Source: Alphaproteobacteria bacterium (lineage in GTDB: Bacteria > Pseudomonadota > Alphaproteobacteria > Bin95). Taken from it: a stretch of DNA of 64,000 nucleotides. Both the position numbers and the translations under genes were made by a program. Shown in pieces: positions 41,022 through 52,149 of the stretch. Each line of letters opens with the position of its first letter. Positions within the stretch are counted from its first letter, which is position 1. The stretch covers positions 1,997,282-2,061,281 of the forward strand of contig CBDBIS010000005.1 in the NCBI GenBank assembly GCA_965206075.1, given 5' to 3'. The notes under the pieces were generated by a model. That model ran no database searches and was not told the DNA's origin. It saw only the letters and a program-made list of their open reading frames with translations.

Positions 41022-41855
41022 ATGACACTCGCTATCCGACCGCTTTCCGACGTGCTGGCCGCCGAGGTCCGGGGCGTCGATCTGCGCGAGCCGCTCGGCG
41101 ACGGCGACCGGGCCGCGCTGCATGAGGCCTTCCTCGACCGCCATGTCCTCTGCTTCCGCGGCCAGGAGCTGGACAAGCCGGCGCAGCTGGCGGCGACGCT
41201 GCAGTTCGGCCCGCTCGACGTGCATATCCAGCGCAACAAGGGCGGTGACGTGTCGCTCGTCCACACCGTCTCCAATCTCGACGCCGACGGGCGGCCGAGG
41301 CCCGAGGCGGCGGCGAAGGGAAACCTGCGCTGGCACTCGGACAAGTCCTACCGGACGGTGCCGTCCTGCGCGACCTTCCTCTATGCCGTGAAGGTGCCGG
41401 CAAAGGGCGGGCGGACCGAGTTCGCCAACATGAACCGCGCCTTCGAGGCCTACGCTCCCGAGCGGCAGGACGCCTTCCGGGAGATGAAGGTCGTGCATGA
41501 CTGGGTGCGCTCCTGCCAGAAGTCCGGCGAGCGCGAGGCGAGCGCGGAGGAGGCGTCGGTCTATCCGCCGGTCGCCCACCCGCTGGTGCGCCGCCACCCG
41601 GAGAGCGGGCGCGAGGCGTTCTTTATCGGCAATCACGCCTCGCACATTTTCGGCATGGACCGCGACGAGGGCGAAGAACTGCTGGAGGAGATCGAGGCGC
41701 ACAGCACCGCCGAGCGCTTCGTCTATAGACATCGGTGGCGGCCGGGCGACCTGCTCATGTGGGACAATCGCTGCCTGCTGCACCGCGCCGAGGAGCGGGC
41801 CGGCGAGGCGCGGGTGCTCCACCGCACCGTCACGCGCGGCACTTCGCCCTTCTAG
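41022..41855 (+). CDS. TauD/TfdA-family alpha-ketoglutarate-dependent dioxygenase
   Basis: WHSDKSY (His-x-Asp) ... HRAEE motif context; 277 aa. Confidence 0.85.
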   Translation: MTLAIRPLSDVLAAEVRGVDLREPLGDGDRAALHEAFLDRHVLCFRGQELDKPAQLAATLQFGPLDVHIQRNKGGDVSLVHTVSNLDADGRPRPEAAAKGNLRWHSDKSYRTVPSCATFLYAVKVPAKGGRTEFANMNRAFEAYAPERQDAFREMKVVHDWVRSCQKSGEREASAEEASVYPPVAHPLVRRHPESGREAFFIGNHASHIFGMDRDEGEELLEEIEAHSTAERFVYRHRWRPGDLLMWDNRCLLHRAEERAGEARVLHRTVTRGTSPF

Positions 41856-41872
41856 GCAGGAGCGCCGGCCCC

Positions 41873-43528
41873 ATGGACGCGCCCACGGGCAGCGATTTCA
41901 TCCGCGACCGCATCCGCGCCGACCTTGCCGAGGGCGAGGTCGCCTCGGTCGTCACGCGGTTCCCGCCCGAGCCCAACGGCTTCCTGCATATCGGCCATGC
42001 CAAGTCGATCTGCCTGAATTTCGGCGTGGCCGGGGAGTTCGGCGGGCGCTGCAACCTGCGCTTCGACGACACCAACCCGGCGAGGGAGGAGCAGGCCTAT
42101 ATCGACGCCATCCAGGAGGATGTGCGTTGGCTCGGCTTCGAGTGGGCGGGCCGGCCGGTCCATGCCTCGGACTATTTCGAGACGCTCTACGAGTGGGCCG
42201 AGCATCTGGTCGAGACCGGCCACGCCTATGTCGACGAGCAGTCGGCAGAGGAAATCCGGGCGACACGCGGCACGCTGACGGAGCCCGGCCGGCCGAGCCC
42301 CTGGCGCGACCGCCCGGCTGCCGAGAGCCTCGACCTGCTGCGCCGCATGAAGGCCGGCGCGTTCGCCCCCGGCGCCTGCGTGCTGAGGGCGCGGATCGAC
42401 ATGGGCTCCGGCAATATCAACATGCGCGATCCCGTGCTCTATCGCATCCTCGACCACGCGCACCCGCGCACGGGCGGGGCCTGGCGCATCTACCCGACCT
42501 ACGACTATGCGCACGGCCAGTCGGACGCCATCGAGGGCGTGACGCACTCGCTCTGCACGCTGGAGTTCGCCGACCACCGCCCGCTCTACGACTGGTTGCT
42601 GGAGCGCGTGCCTGCCGCCTGCCGGCCGCGCCAGTACGAGTTCGCCCGGCTCGACATGACGGGCACGATCCTCTCGAAACGCGCGCTCACCCGCCTGGTG
42701 CAGGAGGGCCATGTGGCGGGCTGGGACGACCCGCGCATGCCGACGCTTCGCGGCTTGCGCCGGCGGGGCGTGCCGGCAGCGGCCGTGCGCGACTTCGTCT
42801 CCCGGCTTGCGATCTCGAAAAGCGCAGGCCGTGTGGAGGCGGCGTTGCTCGACCATTGCGTGCGCGAAGAGCTGAACCGCAGCGCCGAGCGGCGCATGGC
42901 CGTGCTGCGCCCGCTCAAGGTGGTGATCGAGAACTACCCCGAGGGCGAAACGGAGTGGCTCGACGCCGCCAACAATCCGGGCGACCCGGAGGCGGGCAGC
43001 CGCAAGGTCCCGTTCTCGCGCGAGCTCTGGATCGAGCGCGACGACTTCATGGAAGACCCGCCCCGGAAGTTCTTCCGCCTCGCCCCGGGCCGGGAGGTGC
43101 GGCTGCGCTACGCCTTTTTCCTTACCTGCCTGGAGGCTGTGAAGGACGCAGGCGGCGAGATCGTCGAACTGCGCTGCCGCTACGATCCGCAGACGCGCGG
43201 CGGCAGCGCGCCGGACGGCCGCAAGGTCAGGGCGACGATCCACTGGGTTTCCGCCGCCCACGCCGAGCGTGCGCCGGTCCGGCTATACGGGCCCCTCTTC
43301 GCCTCTGACGAGCCGGCGGGCCTCGAAGACCTGAACCCCGACTCGCTGGAGGTGCTGGAGGACTGCCGACTGGAGCCCGGCCTTACTGGCCTGGAGCCCG
43401 GCAGGCCGGTGCAGTTCGAGCGTCTCGGTTATTTCGCCGCCGACCCCGAAGGCGGTTTCAACCGCACCATCGGCCTCCGCGACGACTGGGCCCGCATCAG
43501 GGCGCGGGAGGTCAGGGCAGCGCCTTGA
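41873..43528 (+). CDS. glnS: glutamine--tRNA ligase
   Basis: HIGH motif [19 protein letters not shown]-like region, GlnRS anticodon-binding C-terminus. 551 aa. Confidence 0.93.
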   Translation: MDAPTGSDFIRDRIRADLAEGEVASVVTRFPPEPNGFLHIGHAKSICLNFGVAGEFGGRCNLRFDDTNPAREEQAYIDAIQEDVRWLGFEWAGRPVHASDYFETLYEWAEHLVETGHAYVDEQSAEEIRATRGTLTEPGRPSPWRDRPAAESLDLLRRMKAGAFAPGACVLRARIDMGSGNINMRDPVLYRILDHAHPRTGGAWRIYPTYDYAHGQSDAIEGVTHSLCTLEFADHRPLYDWLLERVPAACRPRQYEFARLDMTGTILSKRALTRLVQEGHVAGWDDPRMPTLRGLRRRGVPAAAVRDFVSRLAISKSAGRVEAALLDHCVREELNRSAERRMAVLRPLKVVIENYPEGETEWLDAANNPGDPEAGSRKVPFSRELWIERDDFMEDPPRKFFRLAPGREVRLRYAFFLTCLEAVKDAGGEIVELRCRYDPQTRGGSAPDGRKVRATIHWVSAAHAERAPVRLYGPLFASDEPAGLEDLNPDSLEVLEDCRLEPGLTGLEPGRPVQFERLGYFAADPEGGFNRTIGLRDDWARIRAREVRAAP

Positions 43529-44795
43529 GCGACTCGCGCGCGGCGTCGAGCGTGTTCGCAATGTCCTCGTCGCTGTGCACCACCGAGAGGTAGAACTTGC
43601 TCTGCCCCTTGAAGATGCCGCGCGCGCGCAGCCCGGCGTTGAAGGCGTTGGTCTTGGCCGCGTCCGCGCGCATGGTGGCGCGGTAGTCCGCGACCTCGCC
43701 GCTCGTGAAGATGACATCGAACATGGGCGGCGAACCCAGCACCTGCCCCTCATGCCCGCTCTCCTCAAGCAGGGTCTCCAGCCCGTCGATCAGGGCCTCG
43801 CCGATCTGCTCGTGGCGCTCGTACACGCCGGGCCGGCCCAGCACTTCGAGCGTCTTGAGCCCGGCGACGGCGGCGACCGGATTGCCGCTGAGCGTGCCGA
43901 TCTGCTGCGCGAAGCGGTCTCCGTCCACGCGGCCGGCATCGAAATGCGCCATGATATCGTCGCGCCCCGCAATGGCCGCCAGCGGGTAGCCGCCGCCCAC
44001 CACCTTGCCGAGCGAGCACATGTCGGGCGTGACGCCGTAGCGTTCCTGCGCGCCGCCGCGCGCGAACCGGAACCCCGTCACGACCTCGTCGAAGATCAGC
44101 ACCACGCCGGTCTCCTCCGTGACCTCGCGCAATGCTTCCAGGAAGCCGGGCTTCGGCGGGATCAGGCGCTGGAACGGCTCGGCGACGACCGCCGCCAATT
44201 CGTCGGCATGGTCGCGGATGAGCTGCACCGCCGTCTCGGCATCGTTGAAGGGCGCGATCAGCACCTCGTCGCGGACGGCTGCCGGAATGCCGGCGCTGTC
44301 GGGCGCAGCCTGCGGGAAGTTGCCCGGCCGCTTCGGCGCCATCGACATGAGCGCATAGTCGTTCATGCCGTGGAAGCCGCCCTCGAATTTGAGGATCTTG
44401 TCGCGGCCCCGGAAGGCGCGTGCAATCCGCATGGCGTAGAAGGTGGCCTCCGTGCCGCTGGAGACGAAGCGCACCTTCTCGGCGCAGGCGACGCGCTCCG
44501 TCACGGCGTCCGCGAGCCGGATGCCGTGCTCGTTATTGGCGAAGAAGGTCGAGCCGCGCCCGACCTGCTCCATCACCGCCTCGACGACCTCGGGATGGCA
44601 ATGCCCCGCCAGCATCGGCCCGGAGCCGAGCAGGTAGTCGATATATTCGTTGCCCGAAACGTCCCAGACATGGCTGCCCTGCCCGGAGCGGATGACGGTC
44701 TCGAACGGCACATTGCCGAAGCTGCCGGCCGGCAGCACGCGGCGCGCGGTCTCGCGCAGCACCGTCTCTTCGGCGGTAAGAACGGGTTCAGCCAT
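43512..44795 (-). CDS. class III aminotransferase (glutamate-1-semialdehyde aminomutase-like)
   Basis: [25 protein letters not shown], and the [12 protein letters not shown]-lysine motif. Confidence 0.85.
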   Translation of the reverse strand: MAEPVLTAEETVLRETARRVLPAGSFGNVPFETVIRSGQGSHVWDVSGNEYIDYLLGSGPMLAGHCHPEVVEAVMEQVGRGSTFFANNEHGIRLADAVTERVACAEKVRFVSSGTEATFYAMRIARAFRGRDKILKFEGGFHGMNDYALMSMAPKRPGNFPQAAPDSAGIPAAVRDEVLIAPFNDAETAVQLIRDHADELAAVVAEPFQRLIPPKPGFLEALREVTEETGVVLIFDEVVTGFRFARGGAQERYGVTPDMCSLGKVVGGGYPLAAIAGRDDIMAHFDAGRVDGDRFAQQIGTLSGNPVAAVAGLKTLEVLGRPGVYERHEQIGEALIDGLETLLEESGHEGQVLGSPPMFDVIFTSGEVADYRATMRADAAKTNAFNAGLRARGIFKGQSKFYLSVVHSDEDIANTLDAARESLKALP

Positions 44796-45402
44796 TGCGC
44801 TTCCTTTCGATTGCCGCACGGATCAGCTCCAGGCGGTCATTGCCGAAATACATGTCGTCGCCATCCAGGAAGAAGGTCGGCGAGCCGTAACCGCCCCGCT
44901 CGATCAGTTCGTCGGTCGTGTCGAACAGCTTCTGCTTGATCCCCGGGTCGGCGATGGCGGCGAAGAAGCGCTGCTTGTCCAGGCCCGCAGACTCGACGAC
45001 CTCCGCCAGCACGTCCTCCTGGCCGATATCGCGGTCGTCGCGCCAATAGGCCTCGAAGCATCCGCGCGCAAAGGCGGACACCTTGCCCTCGTCGATGGCG
45101 TGGAAGCAGCCGCGCATCGCCTTCACCGAGTTGACCGGGAAGACCGAGGGCTTGCCGATGACGATGCCCTCATAGCGCGCCCAGTCGTCCATGTCCTTGC
45201 GGTAATAGGCGTCCTTCGGCGGGATCGGATTCTCGCGGCGCTGATAGACGCTCGGGTTCACCTTGTTGAACACGCCGCCCACCAGGAACGGCTTCCAGAC
45301 GAGGTCCGCGTCCAGCTCGTCGCAGAAGCCCTCGATGCGGTGGAAGGCCAGATATGTCCAAGGGCTCGAGACATCGAAGAAGAATTCAAGGGTGCTGCTC
45401 AT
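44788..45402 (-). CDS. 2-hydroxychromene-2-carboxylate isomerase / DsbA-like thioredoxin-fold protein
   Basis: FFFDVSSPWTYLAF N-terminal motif of the HCCA isomerase family; 204 aa. Confidence 0.8.
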   Translation of the reverse strand: MSSTLEFFFDVSSPWTYLAFHRIEGFCDELDADLVWKPFLVGGVFNKVNPSVYQRRENPIPPKDAYYRKDMDDWARYEGIVIGKPSVFPVNSVKAMRGCFHAIDEGKVSAFARGCFEAYWRDDRDIGQEDVLAEVVESAGLDKQRFFAAIADPGIKQKLFDTTDELIERGGYGSPTFFLDGDDMYFGNDRLELIRAAIERKRNG

Positions 45403-45417
45403 CGCGTTTCAGGGCTC

Positions 45418-46185
45418 CTAGCGTGAGACGGCGCCGCCGTCGATGGTGACGACAGTGCCCGAAATATGCCTCGCGCGCTCGGAGGCGAGAAAGACGACGA
45501 GATCGGCGCAGTCCTCGGACTCGCCCGGCGGCGGATTGGTCGGCATGCATTCTTCCCAGCGTTCCTCGTCGCCGAACCTGTCGAGCGCCTGGGCGCGCAT
45601 GATGGTGGTTAGCCGCTCGGTCAGGATCGGCCCCGGATTGACGCCGACGATGCGGAAGCCGTCATCGGGGCTCTTGCCGCCGAGCGCGCGGGTAAACGCG
45701 ATGAGGCCCGCATTGCCGCCGGCGCCCGCAATGTAACCTGCCGACGGCCGCTCCCCGCCCGTGCCCACGACATTGACGATGACGCCCGCTCCCTTGGCCT
45801 TGAAAACCGGATAGAGTTCGCGGCACATGTTGATATAGCCGAAGACCTTGAGGTCCCAGGCCTCGCGCCAGCGTTCCTCGTCGATCGTGTGGATCGGCCC
45901 GCCGGGAATGGCGCCCGCATTGTTGACGACGATATCCAGGCCTGCGCCGGTCCCGGCGACCAGGCGCTTCACATTGCCGCCGTCCGAGAGGTCGAGCGGA
46001 TGGATCGTCACCGCGACATTATGGCGGCCGCGAATGCCGTCGCGCGCGCGTTCGAGGTCGCTCTCGGTACGCGCCACCAGGTGCAGGTCGCAGCCTTCCT
46101 CCGCAAAGAGCTCGGCGCAGGCGAGCCCGATTCCTTTCGAGGCGCCGGTAATGAGCACGGTTTTCCCGGCAAGACGCAGGTCCAT
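45418..46185 (-). CDS. SDR-family oxidoreductase
   Basis: TGASKGIGLACA, NNAG; 255 aa. Confidence 0.85.
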   Translation of the reverse strand: MDLRLAGKTVLITGASKGIGLACAELFAEEGCDLHLVARTESDLERARDGIRGRHNVAVTIHPLDLSDGGNVKRLVAGTGAGLDIVVNNAGAIPGGPIHTIDEERWREAWDLKVFGYINMCRELYPVFKAKGAGVIVNVVGTGGERPSAGYIAGAGGNAGLIAFTRALGGKSPDDGFRIVGVNPGPILTERLTTIMRAQALDRFGDEERWEECMPTNPPPGESEDCADLVVFLASERARHISGTVVTIDGGAVSR

Positions 46186-46281
46186 CGGTTAGGGTTCCCT
46201 TCCTTATCGTCGTGCGTTTCGGGCAAGGGAACACCGGATAGGCGAGGACGGCAAGGCCGTTGGCCGGAGGCCGCGATGCCC

Positions 46282-47451
46282 TCAACATGCTCCGGCGAAC
46301 AGTTCCGGCGGATCGGCTGCCTCAGCCGGCACCAGATCGCCGGCGCCCAGCCCGATCAGGCGGAAAGCGCGACCGTCCGCTTCCGGCCGGAGAAGCTGCT
46401 CCGCCTCCTCCAGCAGGCGATCCGCGCGCTGCGTGGCGGAGGCGAGCGCGTGGCTTCGGGTCTGCGTGCGAAAGTTCTCCGTCTTGAGCTTCAGCACCAC
46501 GGCGCCGGCCGCGAGGCCGGCCGCACCTAGCCGGCCCGAGACGGTCCGGGCGAGCGGCGGAAGGGCGCGTGCAAGATCGTCGAAGTCGCTGCGGTCGCTT
46601 TCGAAGGTTGTTTCGGCGGAAATGCTGCGCGTCTCGCTTGTCGGCTGGACGCGCCGCCTGTCCAGCCCGCGCGCGAAGCTGTAGAGCCGCCGCCCGAACA
46701 CGCCGAAGCGGGCCGTCAACTCCGATTCCGTCCACCGGCGCAGGTCGGCGACAGTGAGCACGCCCTCGGCGCGGAGCCGCCGGGCCATGGCGGCGCCCAC
46801 GCCCGGCACGATCGTGACCGGCTTCCCGGCCAGGAAAGCCGGCGCCTCCTCGGGACCGATCACCGCGAAGCCGCGCGGCTTGTCGAGGTCCGAGGCGATT
46901 TTGGCGAGGAACTTGTTGGCGGCCAGCCCGACCGAGGCCGTTATGCCGACCTCGTCCTCGATCCGCCGGACGAGTCGAACGGCCGCGGCCGCCGGTAGCG
47001 CATGTTTCCCGAGATCGAGGAACGCCTCGTCTATCGAGATCGGCTCGACGAGCGGCGTGGCCTCGCGCATGAGGCTCCGGACCTCGCGTCCCACCTTGCG
47101 GTATTTCGCCATGTCCGGCCGCAACACGACCGCGTGGGGGCAGGCGTCCAGCGCCTGGTACATGGCCATGGCCGAGCGCACGCCGAAGCGCCGCGCGACA
47201 TAGCAGGCGGCGGCGACGACGCCGCGCCGTCCGCCGCCGATCACGACCGGACGATCGGCGAGGCTCGGGTCGTCCCGTTTCTCGACGGCGGCGTAGAAGG
47301 CGTCGCAATCGAGATGCGCGATGCCGACGCGAGCGATTTCGGGATGGGCGGCGAGGCGGGGTGAGTGGCAGGCCGGGCAACGGAGCGGAACGGGGGCGGC
47401 GACCGGACAGCCGCAATTCCGGCAGACGGCCGCAACCTCGCCGGGCTCCAT
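46282..47451 (-). CDS. dinB: DNA polymerase IV (Y-family) with N-terminal CxxC...CxxC zinc-ribbon extension
   Basis: Core IAHLDCDAFYAAVEKRDDP..., SIDEAFLD, and little-finger domain. A ~45-aa N-terminal extension CRNCGCPV...CPACHSP precedes the conserved start of the polymerase core. Confidence 0.85.
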   Translation of the reverse strand: MEPGEVAAVCRNCGCPVAAPVPLRCPACHSPRLAAHPEIARVGIAHLDCDAFYAAVEKRDDPSLADRPVVIGGGRRGVVAAACYVARRFGVRSAMAMYQALDACPHAVVLRPDMAKYRKVGREVRSLMREATPLVEPISIDEAFLDLGKHALPAAAAVRLVRRIEDEVGITASVGLAANKFLAKIASDLDKPRGFAVIGPEEAPAFLAGKPVTIVPGVGAAMARRLRAEGVLTVADLRRWTESELTARFGVFGRRLYSFARGLDRRRVQPTSETRSISAETTFESDRSDFDDLARALPPLARTVSGRLGAAGLAAGAVVLKLKTENFRTQTRSHALASATQRADRLLEEAEQLLRPEADGRAFRLIGLGAGDLVPAEAADPPELFAGAC

Positions 47452-47506
47452 GACTTTCCGTCCGATAGTCAGCCCGCGCCCGCGGCAGGCGAAGCGGCTT
47501 CCGCCG

Positions 47507-47674
47507 CTACTTCATCTTCTGTTCCTTGAAGACGACATGCTTGCGCGCGATGGGGTCGAACTTGCGGATTTCGAGCTTCTCGGTCTTGGTCCGCGGGTTC
47601 TTCTTGGTGACGTAGAAATAGCCCGTGTCGGCCGTGCTGACGAGCTTCACCATGACGGTTGCCGGCTTGGCCAT
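47507..47674 (-). CDS. rpmG: 50S ribosomal protein L33
   Basis: [55 protein letters not shown] (55 aa). Confidence 0.92.
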   Translation of the reverse strand: MAKPATVMVKLVSTADTGYFYVTKKNPRTKTEKLEIRKFDPIARKHVVFKEQKMK

Positions 47675-47761
47675 CGCATGCACCTCCGCTGCAAAATGGA
47701 ACGGCCCGGAACCTAGGCTCCGACCCGCCACCTGTCAAACCGGGCATCCAGTCTGCCCGGC

Positions 47762-50700
47762 CTATTCGTGCCTGCCGTCGGCGATCATGACCATCGCCGG
47801 CAGGAGGAAGAGGACGAACATGCCCGCCAGCACGAGCCCGCCCAGCATGCTGGCCACGAACGGCACCAGGAACAGCAGGGCGTCGCTGCGCTCGTAGAGC
47901 AGGGGCGAGAGGCCCAGCACCGTCGTCAGGCTGGTGAGCAGCACGGCGCGGAAACGGTGCCGCGTGGCGGCCGCCGCGGCGGCGATCGCCGGCAGCGCCT
48001 CATTGTCCCGGCGGATGATGTTGTAGCGGTCGAGCAGCACCAGCGCATCGTTCACGACGACGCCCGACACGGCGACGATCCCGAACACCGACATGAAGCT
48101 GAAGTCCCAGCCGAGGATCCAGTGCATCAGCACCGCGCCCGCAAAGGCGGCCGGGATTCCGGCTGCCGCGACCAGCGGCTTCCAGTAGCTGCGCAGGAAC
48201 GCCGCCATGACCGCATACATGGCGATCAGCGCAAGCGGCACCAGCGTGGCCAGCGTTTCCAGCACCCGCCGCTCGTTTCGCGCCCCGCCGTCCCGCTCGA
48301 TTGCGATACCGGGATGCGCGGCGCGCAGCTCCTGCATGACGCCTGCCTCGATCGTCCGGCGGGCCTGGATCGGCGTGACCACTGCGGCGTCCGCCTTCGC
48401 CTCCACGAAGACGGCCGGTTTGCCGTCGATCCGCGTCAACTCGGCCAATTCCTGCCTTTCGGTGAGCGTCGCCACCAGGGAGAGCGGCACCTCGCCTCCG
48501 CCGGGCCGGTCTATGCGCATGCCCGCCAGTTCCTTCAGGCTCCGGCGGCGTTCCGCAGGGTATCTGACCACGACCTCGATTTCCTCGCGGCCGCGCTGGA
48601 TGCGCTGCGCTTCGGCGCCGTGAAGCCGGGCGCGCAATTGCGCTCCCAGCAGCGCCGGCGAGAGCCCGGCCGCCTTGCCGGCCGGCGTGAGTTCCACCTC
48701 GAGCTGACGCTTGCCCGGCGAGAGATTGTCGTAAACCCCGTAAACGCCGGGAATCGCGGCGAGGGCGGAGCGCAATTTCTGTGCGGCGGCCTGCAGGACC
48801 TCCGGGTCGTCATGGCGTATCGAATAGGCGAGGTTCGGTCTGACCTTGCTCCGGCTCGTCACATATTCCACATGTTCCAGGCTCGAAACATCGCCGACGC
48901 GGGCCCGCCATGCGCGTTCCACCTCGCTCGGCTGCGCAATGCGGACCGGGCGGCGGTATAGATGGGCCCTTACCGTCGCCAGATGGTCGCCCCTGAGATC
49001 GGCGTCACCGGGCCGGGTGGACAGGATCTTGCCGACGACGATGCTGACCGACTTGATCGACGCGCCTTCCAGGTCCTCGTTCACGCCCCGGGCGGCGTCC
49101 CGGAAACGCTCGGCGGCAGCGAGCGTCGCCTCGAACGGAGAACCGGCCGGCAGGCGCAATTCCACCTGCATCGTGTTGGAAACGCTGGCCCGCTCCTCCG
49201 AGAACAGGACCCGCACCGCGTCGTAGCGCAGAAGCAGCACCGCGCAGGCCACGACGAGGAAGCCGATGGCGAGCGCTGCCCAGACATGGCGCACCGACCA
49301 GGAAACGGTAGCAGCCACCACGCTGTCGCGGACGCCGTCGAGCCAGCCGCGCACCGCCCCCTGCCAGCCGCTCAGCGGCGGCGCGCTCCAGGGCCTGTCA
49401 TGCGAGAGATGCGCCGGCAGGATGAAGAACGCCTCCGCCAGCGAGACCGCCAGCACGAACAGCGCCACATAAGGGATGACCCGGATGACCTGCCAGAGGC
49501 CTTCGGTAATGAACAGCAACGGGGCGAGCGCAATCAGGGTCGTGGCCGCGCCGACGGTCAGCGGCCCGGCCACGGCCCGCGCGCCGGCGACCGCCGCTCC
49601 GAGCGCCGTCCCGCCGCGGCTCCTTTCCGTCGCGATGCTCTCGCCCACGACGACGGCGTCGTCCACCACGATGCCGACCATCAGGAAGAACGCGAACAGG
49701 GTGCCGATATTCAGCGTCAGGTCGGCCGGCGTGAAGAAGATCAGAGATCCGACAAAGGCGAGCGGAATGCCGAATGTCGTCCAGAAAGCCAACCGAAGGT
49801 CGAATACCGCGACCAGGCAGACGAAAACCAGCACCGCGCCGATCACGGCGTTCCCCAGAATCAGCGTCAGCCGCTCGACCATGAGTTCGGCCTTGTCGTC
49901 CCAGACTTCGACCGAGACATGTCCGGGCGGGCTGTAGCTCTCCAGAAACCCGAGGACCGTGTTTCTGATCTCCCTGGTCGATTGCCTGCCTGTGGCGCTT
50001 ATCCGGAGAAATACGCCCGGTGTGCCGTCGAGCTCGGTCAGGACATTCTCATCGACGAAGCCGTCGCGAATCCTGGCGACATCGCCCAGCGTCACCACCG
50101 TTCCATCGAGCCGCGTAATGAGCGGTATATCCTTGAATTCCTCGCTGTATTTCCGCTTCGCCACAACCTGCAGCACGACATTGCCCGCATCGGTGCGCAG
50201 CTCTCCGAAGGTCAGATTGAGCGAAGCGCGCCGGATTGCCTGCCCGATGTCGGCTATGTCGAGCTCGTTGCGCCGCAGCTCCTCCTCGCTCAGTTCTATC
50301 GCGATCTCCCGGTCCCGCGTGCCCTGGAACTCTATGTGGGAGACGTTGGGCAGCGCCAGCAGCGAGTCGCGCAAATTCTCCGCCGCGAGACGAAGACCGG
50401 CTTCCGTCGCCGAGGCGGACGAAACCGCAATCGCCACGACATCGTTCCGCCATCTGGGAAGCGAGATCTTCGGCTGTTCCGCGGTCGGAGGCGGGAAGTT
50501 CTCCAGGGTGTCGATGGCGCTTTTGACGTCGTTCAGCACCGCCTCGTCATCGGCAAAGGTTTCGAGTTCCACATCGATCAGACCGATGCCTTCCTTCGCC
50601 GTGCCGACCACCCGGCTGACGCCGGATATGCCGACGATCGCCTCCTCGACCCGGCGGACGATATCCTCCTGCACCTCCCTCGGCGACGAGCCGGGCGCGG

Positions 50701-50887
50701 GAATCTTGACGGAAACCCGCCGCAGGTCGAACTCCTGGTAGTTCTGGACCACAAGCTGCGAGCCGGCGATTGCGCCGGCGACGATCAGGAAGACCATCAG
50801 CAGCTTGGCGGCGACCGGGTTCGCCGCGAACCAGGCAATCGGGCCCCGAGGCATACCGGCGCCCCCTCCAGCTTCCGTATTGCTCAT
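47762..50887 (-). CDS. RND efflux transporter permease (AcrB/HAE1-like)
   Basis: 1041 aa, 12 TM + two large periplasmic loops; ACR_tran motifs. Start possibly at the internal MPRGPIAWF. Confidence 0.9.
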   Translation of the reverse strand: MSNTEAGGGAGMPRGPIAWFAANPVAAKLLMVFLIVAGAIAGSQLVVQNYQEFDLRRVSVKIPAPGSSPREVQEDIVRRVEEAIVGISGVSRVVGTAKEGIGLIDVELETFADDEAVLNDVKSAIDTLENFPPPTAEQPKISLPRWRNDVVAIAVSSASATEAGLRLAAENLRDSLLALPNVSHIEFQGTRDREIAIELSEEELRRNELDIADIGQAIRRASLNLTFGELRTDAGNVVLQVVAKRKYSEEFKDIPLITRLDGTVVTLGDVARIRDGFVDENVLTELDGTPGVFLRISATGRQSTREIRNTVLGFLESYSPPGHVSVEVWDDKAELMVERLTLILGNAVIGAVLVFVCLVAVFDLRLAFWTTFGIPLAFVGSLIFFTPADLTLNIGTLFAFFLMVGIVVDDAVVVGESIATERSRGGTALGAAVAGARAVAGPLTVGAATTLIALAPLLFITEGLWQVIRVIPYVALFVLAVSLAEAFFILPAHLSHDRPWSAPPLSGWQGAVRGWLDGVRDSVVAATVSWSVRHVWAALAIGFLVVACAVLLLRYDAVRVLFSEERASVSNTMQVELRLPAGSPFEATLAAAERFRDAARGVNEDLEGASIKSVSIVVGKILSTRPGDADLRGDHLATVRAHLYRRPVRIAQPSEVERAWRARVGDVSSLEHVEYVTSRSKVRPNLAYSIRHDDPEVLQAAAQKLRSALAAIPGVYGVYDNLSPGKRQLEVELTPAGKAAGLSPALLGAQLRARLHGAEAQRIQRGREEIEVVVRYPAERRRSLKELAGMRIDRPGGGEVPLSLVATLTERQELAELTRIDGKPAVFVEAKADAAVVTPIQARRTIEAGVMQELRAAHPGIAIERDGGARNERRVLETLATLVPLALIAMYAVMAAFLRSYWKPLVAAAGIPAAFAGAVLMHWILGWDFSFMSVFGIVAVSGVVVNDALVLLDRYNIIRRDNEALPAIAAAAAATRHRFRAVLLTSLTTVLGLSPLLYERSDALLFLVPFVASMLGGLVLAGMFVLFLLPAMVMIADGRHE

Positions 50888-50896
50888 GCGCCGCCC

Positions 50897-52036
50897 CTAT
50901 GCCTGCGGTTTCGCGGTCGTTACCGCAAGGCCCTCGCGGGCTCCCGGCAAGGTGCCGACAACGACGCCGTCGCCCGCATCGAACGCCTCCACTACCCAGC
51001 CGCCATCGACCCGGCCCAGCATCCGCGGCTCCACCGCGGCAAGCGCGCCGTCCCTGACGACCCAGACGCGGTCGTTCGCCTGCGCGGCCGCTTCCGGCAG
51101 CACAAAAACATCCCGGTGCACCGGGCCCTGGATGGAGATTTCGGCAAAGGTACGGGGCAGCGGCCGGCCTTCGACCGGCAGGTCGTCCGAGAACTTCAGG
51201 AAAACCGATGCGAGCCGGCTCTTGGCCTCCACGACCGAGGAGACCGCCGCGACCGCCGCCCGGTAGGTCCCGGTCCTCGTGCGGACCACGGCCGGCCGTC
51301 CGACGACGGGCGACAGATGCCCAAGGTCGCGTTGCTCGATGGGCGCGGTCACACGGATCGATTCGGGCCGATAGACGACTCCCAGCACCGCAGCCTTGCC
51401 GACCTTTTCCGTCGGGCCGGCGAGCTCGCCGACCTCGACGCTCGAAGAGACCACACGGCTGCCGAAGGGAAGGGAAATCTCCGTTCTGCGAAGCTGCAGC
51501 TCTGCAAGCCGAAGCGCCACGCGGGCCTGTTCCAGCTTCAGCACCGTTCCGGCCGTGTCTTCGTTCCGGGCCTCTTTCCCGCTTATTTCATGCCCGAGCC
51601 GCGCCACCTCCAACCTGGCCTCTTCCACCTTGAGCTCATATTCCTCGGGATCGATCCGGACGAAGACCTCATCCGCGTCCAACGATCCGCCGGGCTCGAA
51701 TTTCGGCGAAACCCAGACGACGCGGCCCACAACTTCGGACATCACCGTCGCCCGTTCCTTCAGCCGCACCGACCCCGTCAATCTGAGCGTCAACGCCTGC
51801 TCGGTCGGCTCCGGGCGAATGACGCTGACGACCGGCCTTCTCTCCTCGCCCGCCAAGGCCGACCTGTCGATGCGTTCGACCCGTTCCGGAGCCCGGGCGA
51901 AGTAAAGCGCAGCGGCGATTGCGCCCAGAATGACAGCCAGTTGCAGATAACCGTACCATCGCGGCCTGCCAGCGCTCTCGCCGGTGCCTGCTGTGTCTTG
52001 CGGCATTGTCAACTCCGACTTTCGATCGAGGGCCAT
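50897..52036 (-). CDS. RND efflux periplasmic adaptor (HlyD/MFP family)
   Basis: N-terminal TM anchor, coiled-coil hairpin, beta-barrel/MP domains; immediately upstream of the RND pump. Confidence 0.85.
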   Translation of the reverse strand: MALDRKSELTMPQDTAGTGESAGRPRWYGYLQLAVILGAIAAALYFARAPERVERIDRSALAGEERRPVVSVIRPEPTEQALTLRLTGSVRLKERATVMSEVVGRVVWVSPKFEPGGSLDADEVFVRIDPEEYELKVEEARLEVARLGHEISGKEARNEDTAGTVLKLEQARVALRLAELQLRRTEISLPFGSRVVSSSVEVGELAGPTEKVGKAAVLGVVYRPESIRVTAPIEQRDLGHLSPVVGRPAVVRTRTGTYRAAVAAVSSVVEAKSRLASVFLKFSDDLPVEGRPLPRTFAEISIQGPVHRDVFVLPEAAAQANDRVWVVRDGALAAVEPRMLGRVDGGWVVEAFDAGDGVVVGTLPGAREGLAVTTAKPQA

Positions 52037-52149
52037 TCAGGATAACCGACAATGAGTGCGGCGATAAACAACGGCGATCCCCCCATATCGCTATCGGATA
52101 GCGCCGCTCCCGGCCCGGAGGGCCCACTCCAAGGAAGCGTCATGAATTG

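Noticed and set aside
47688-47703. GAAC-N6-GAAC near the rpmG/dinB upstream region as a LexA box
   Set aside because: The alphaproteobacterial SOS box requires N7 spacing. N6 is off by one, so it is not called.
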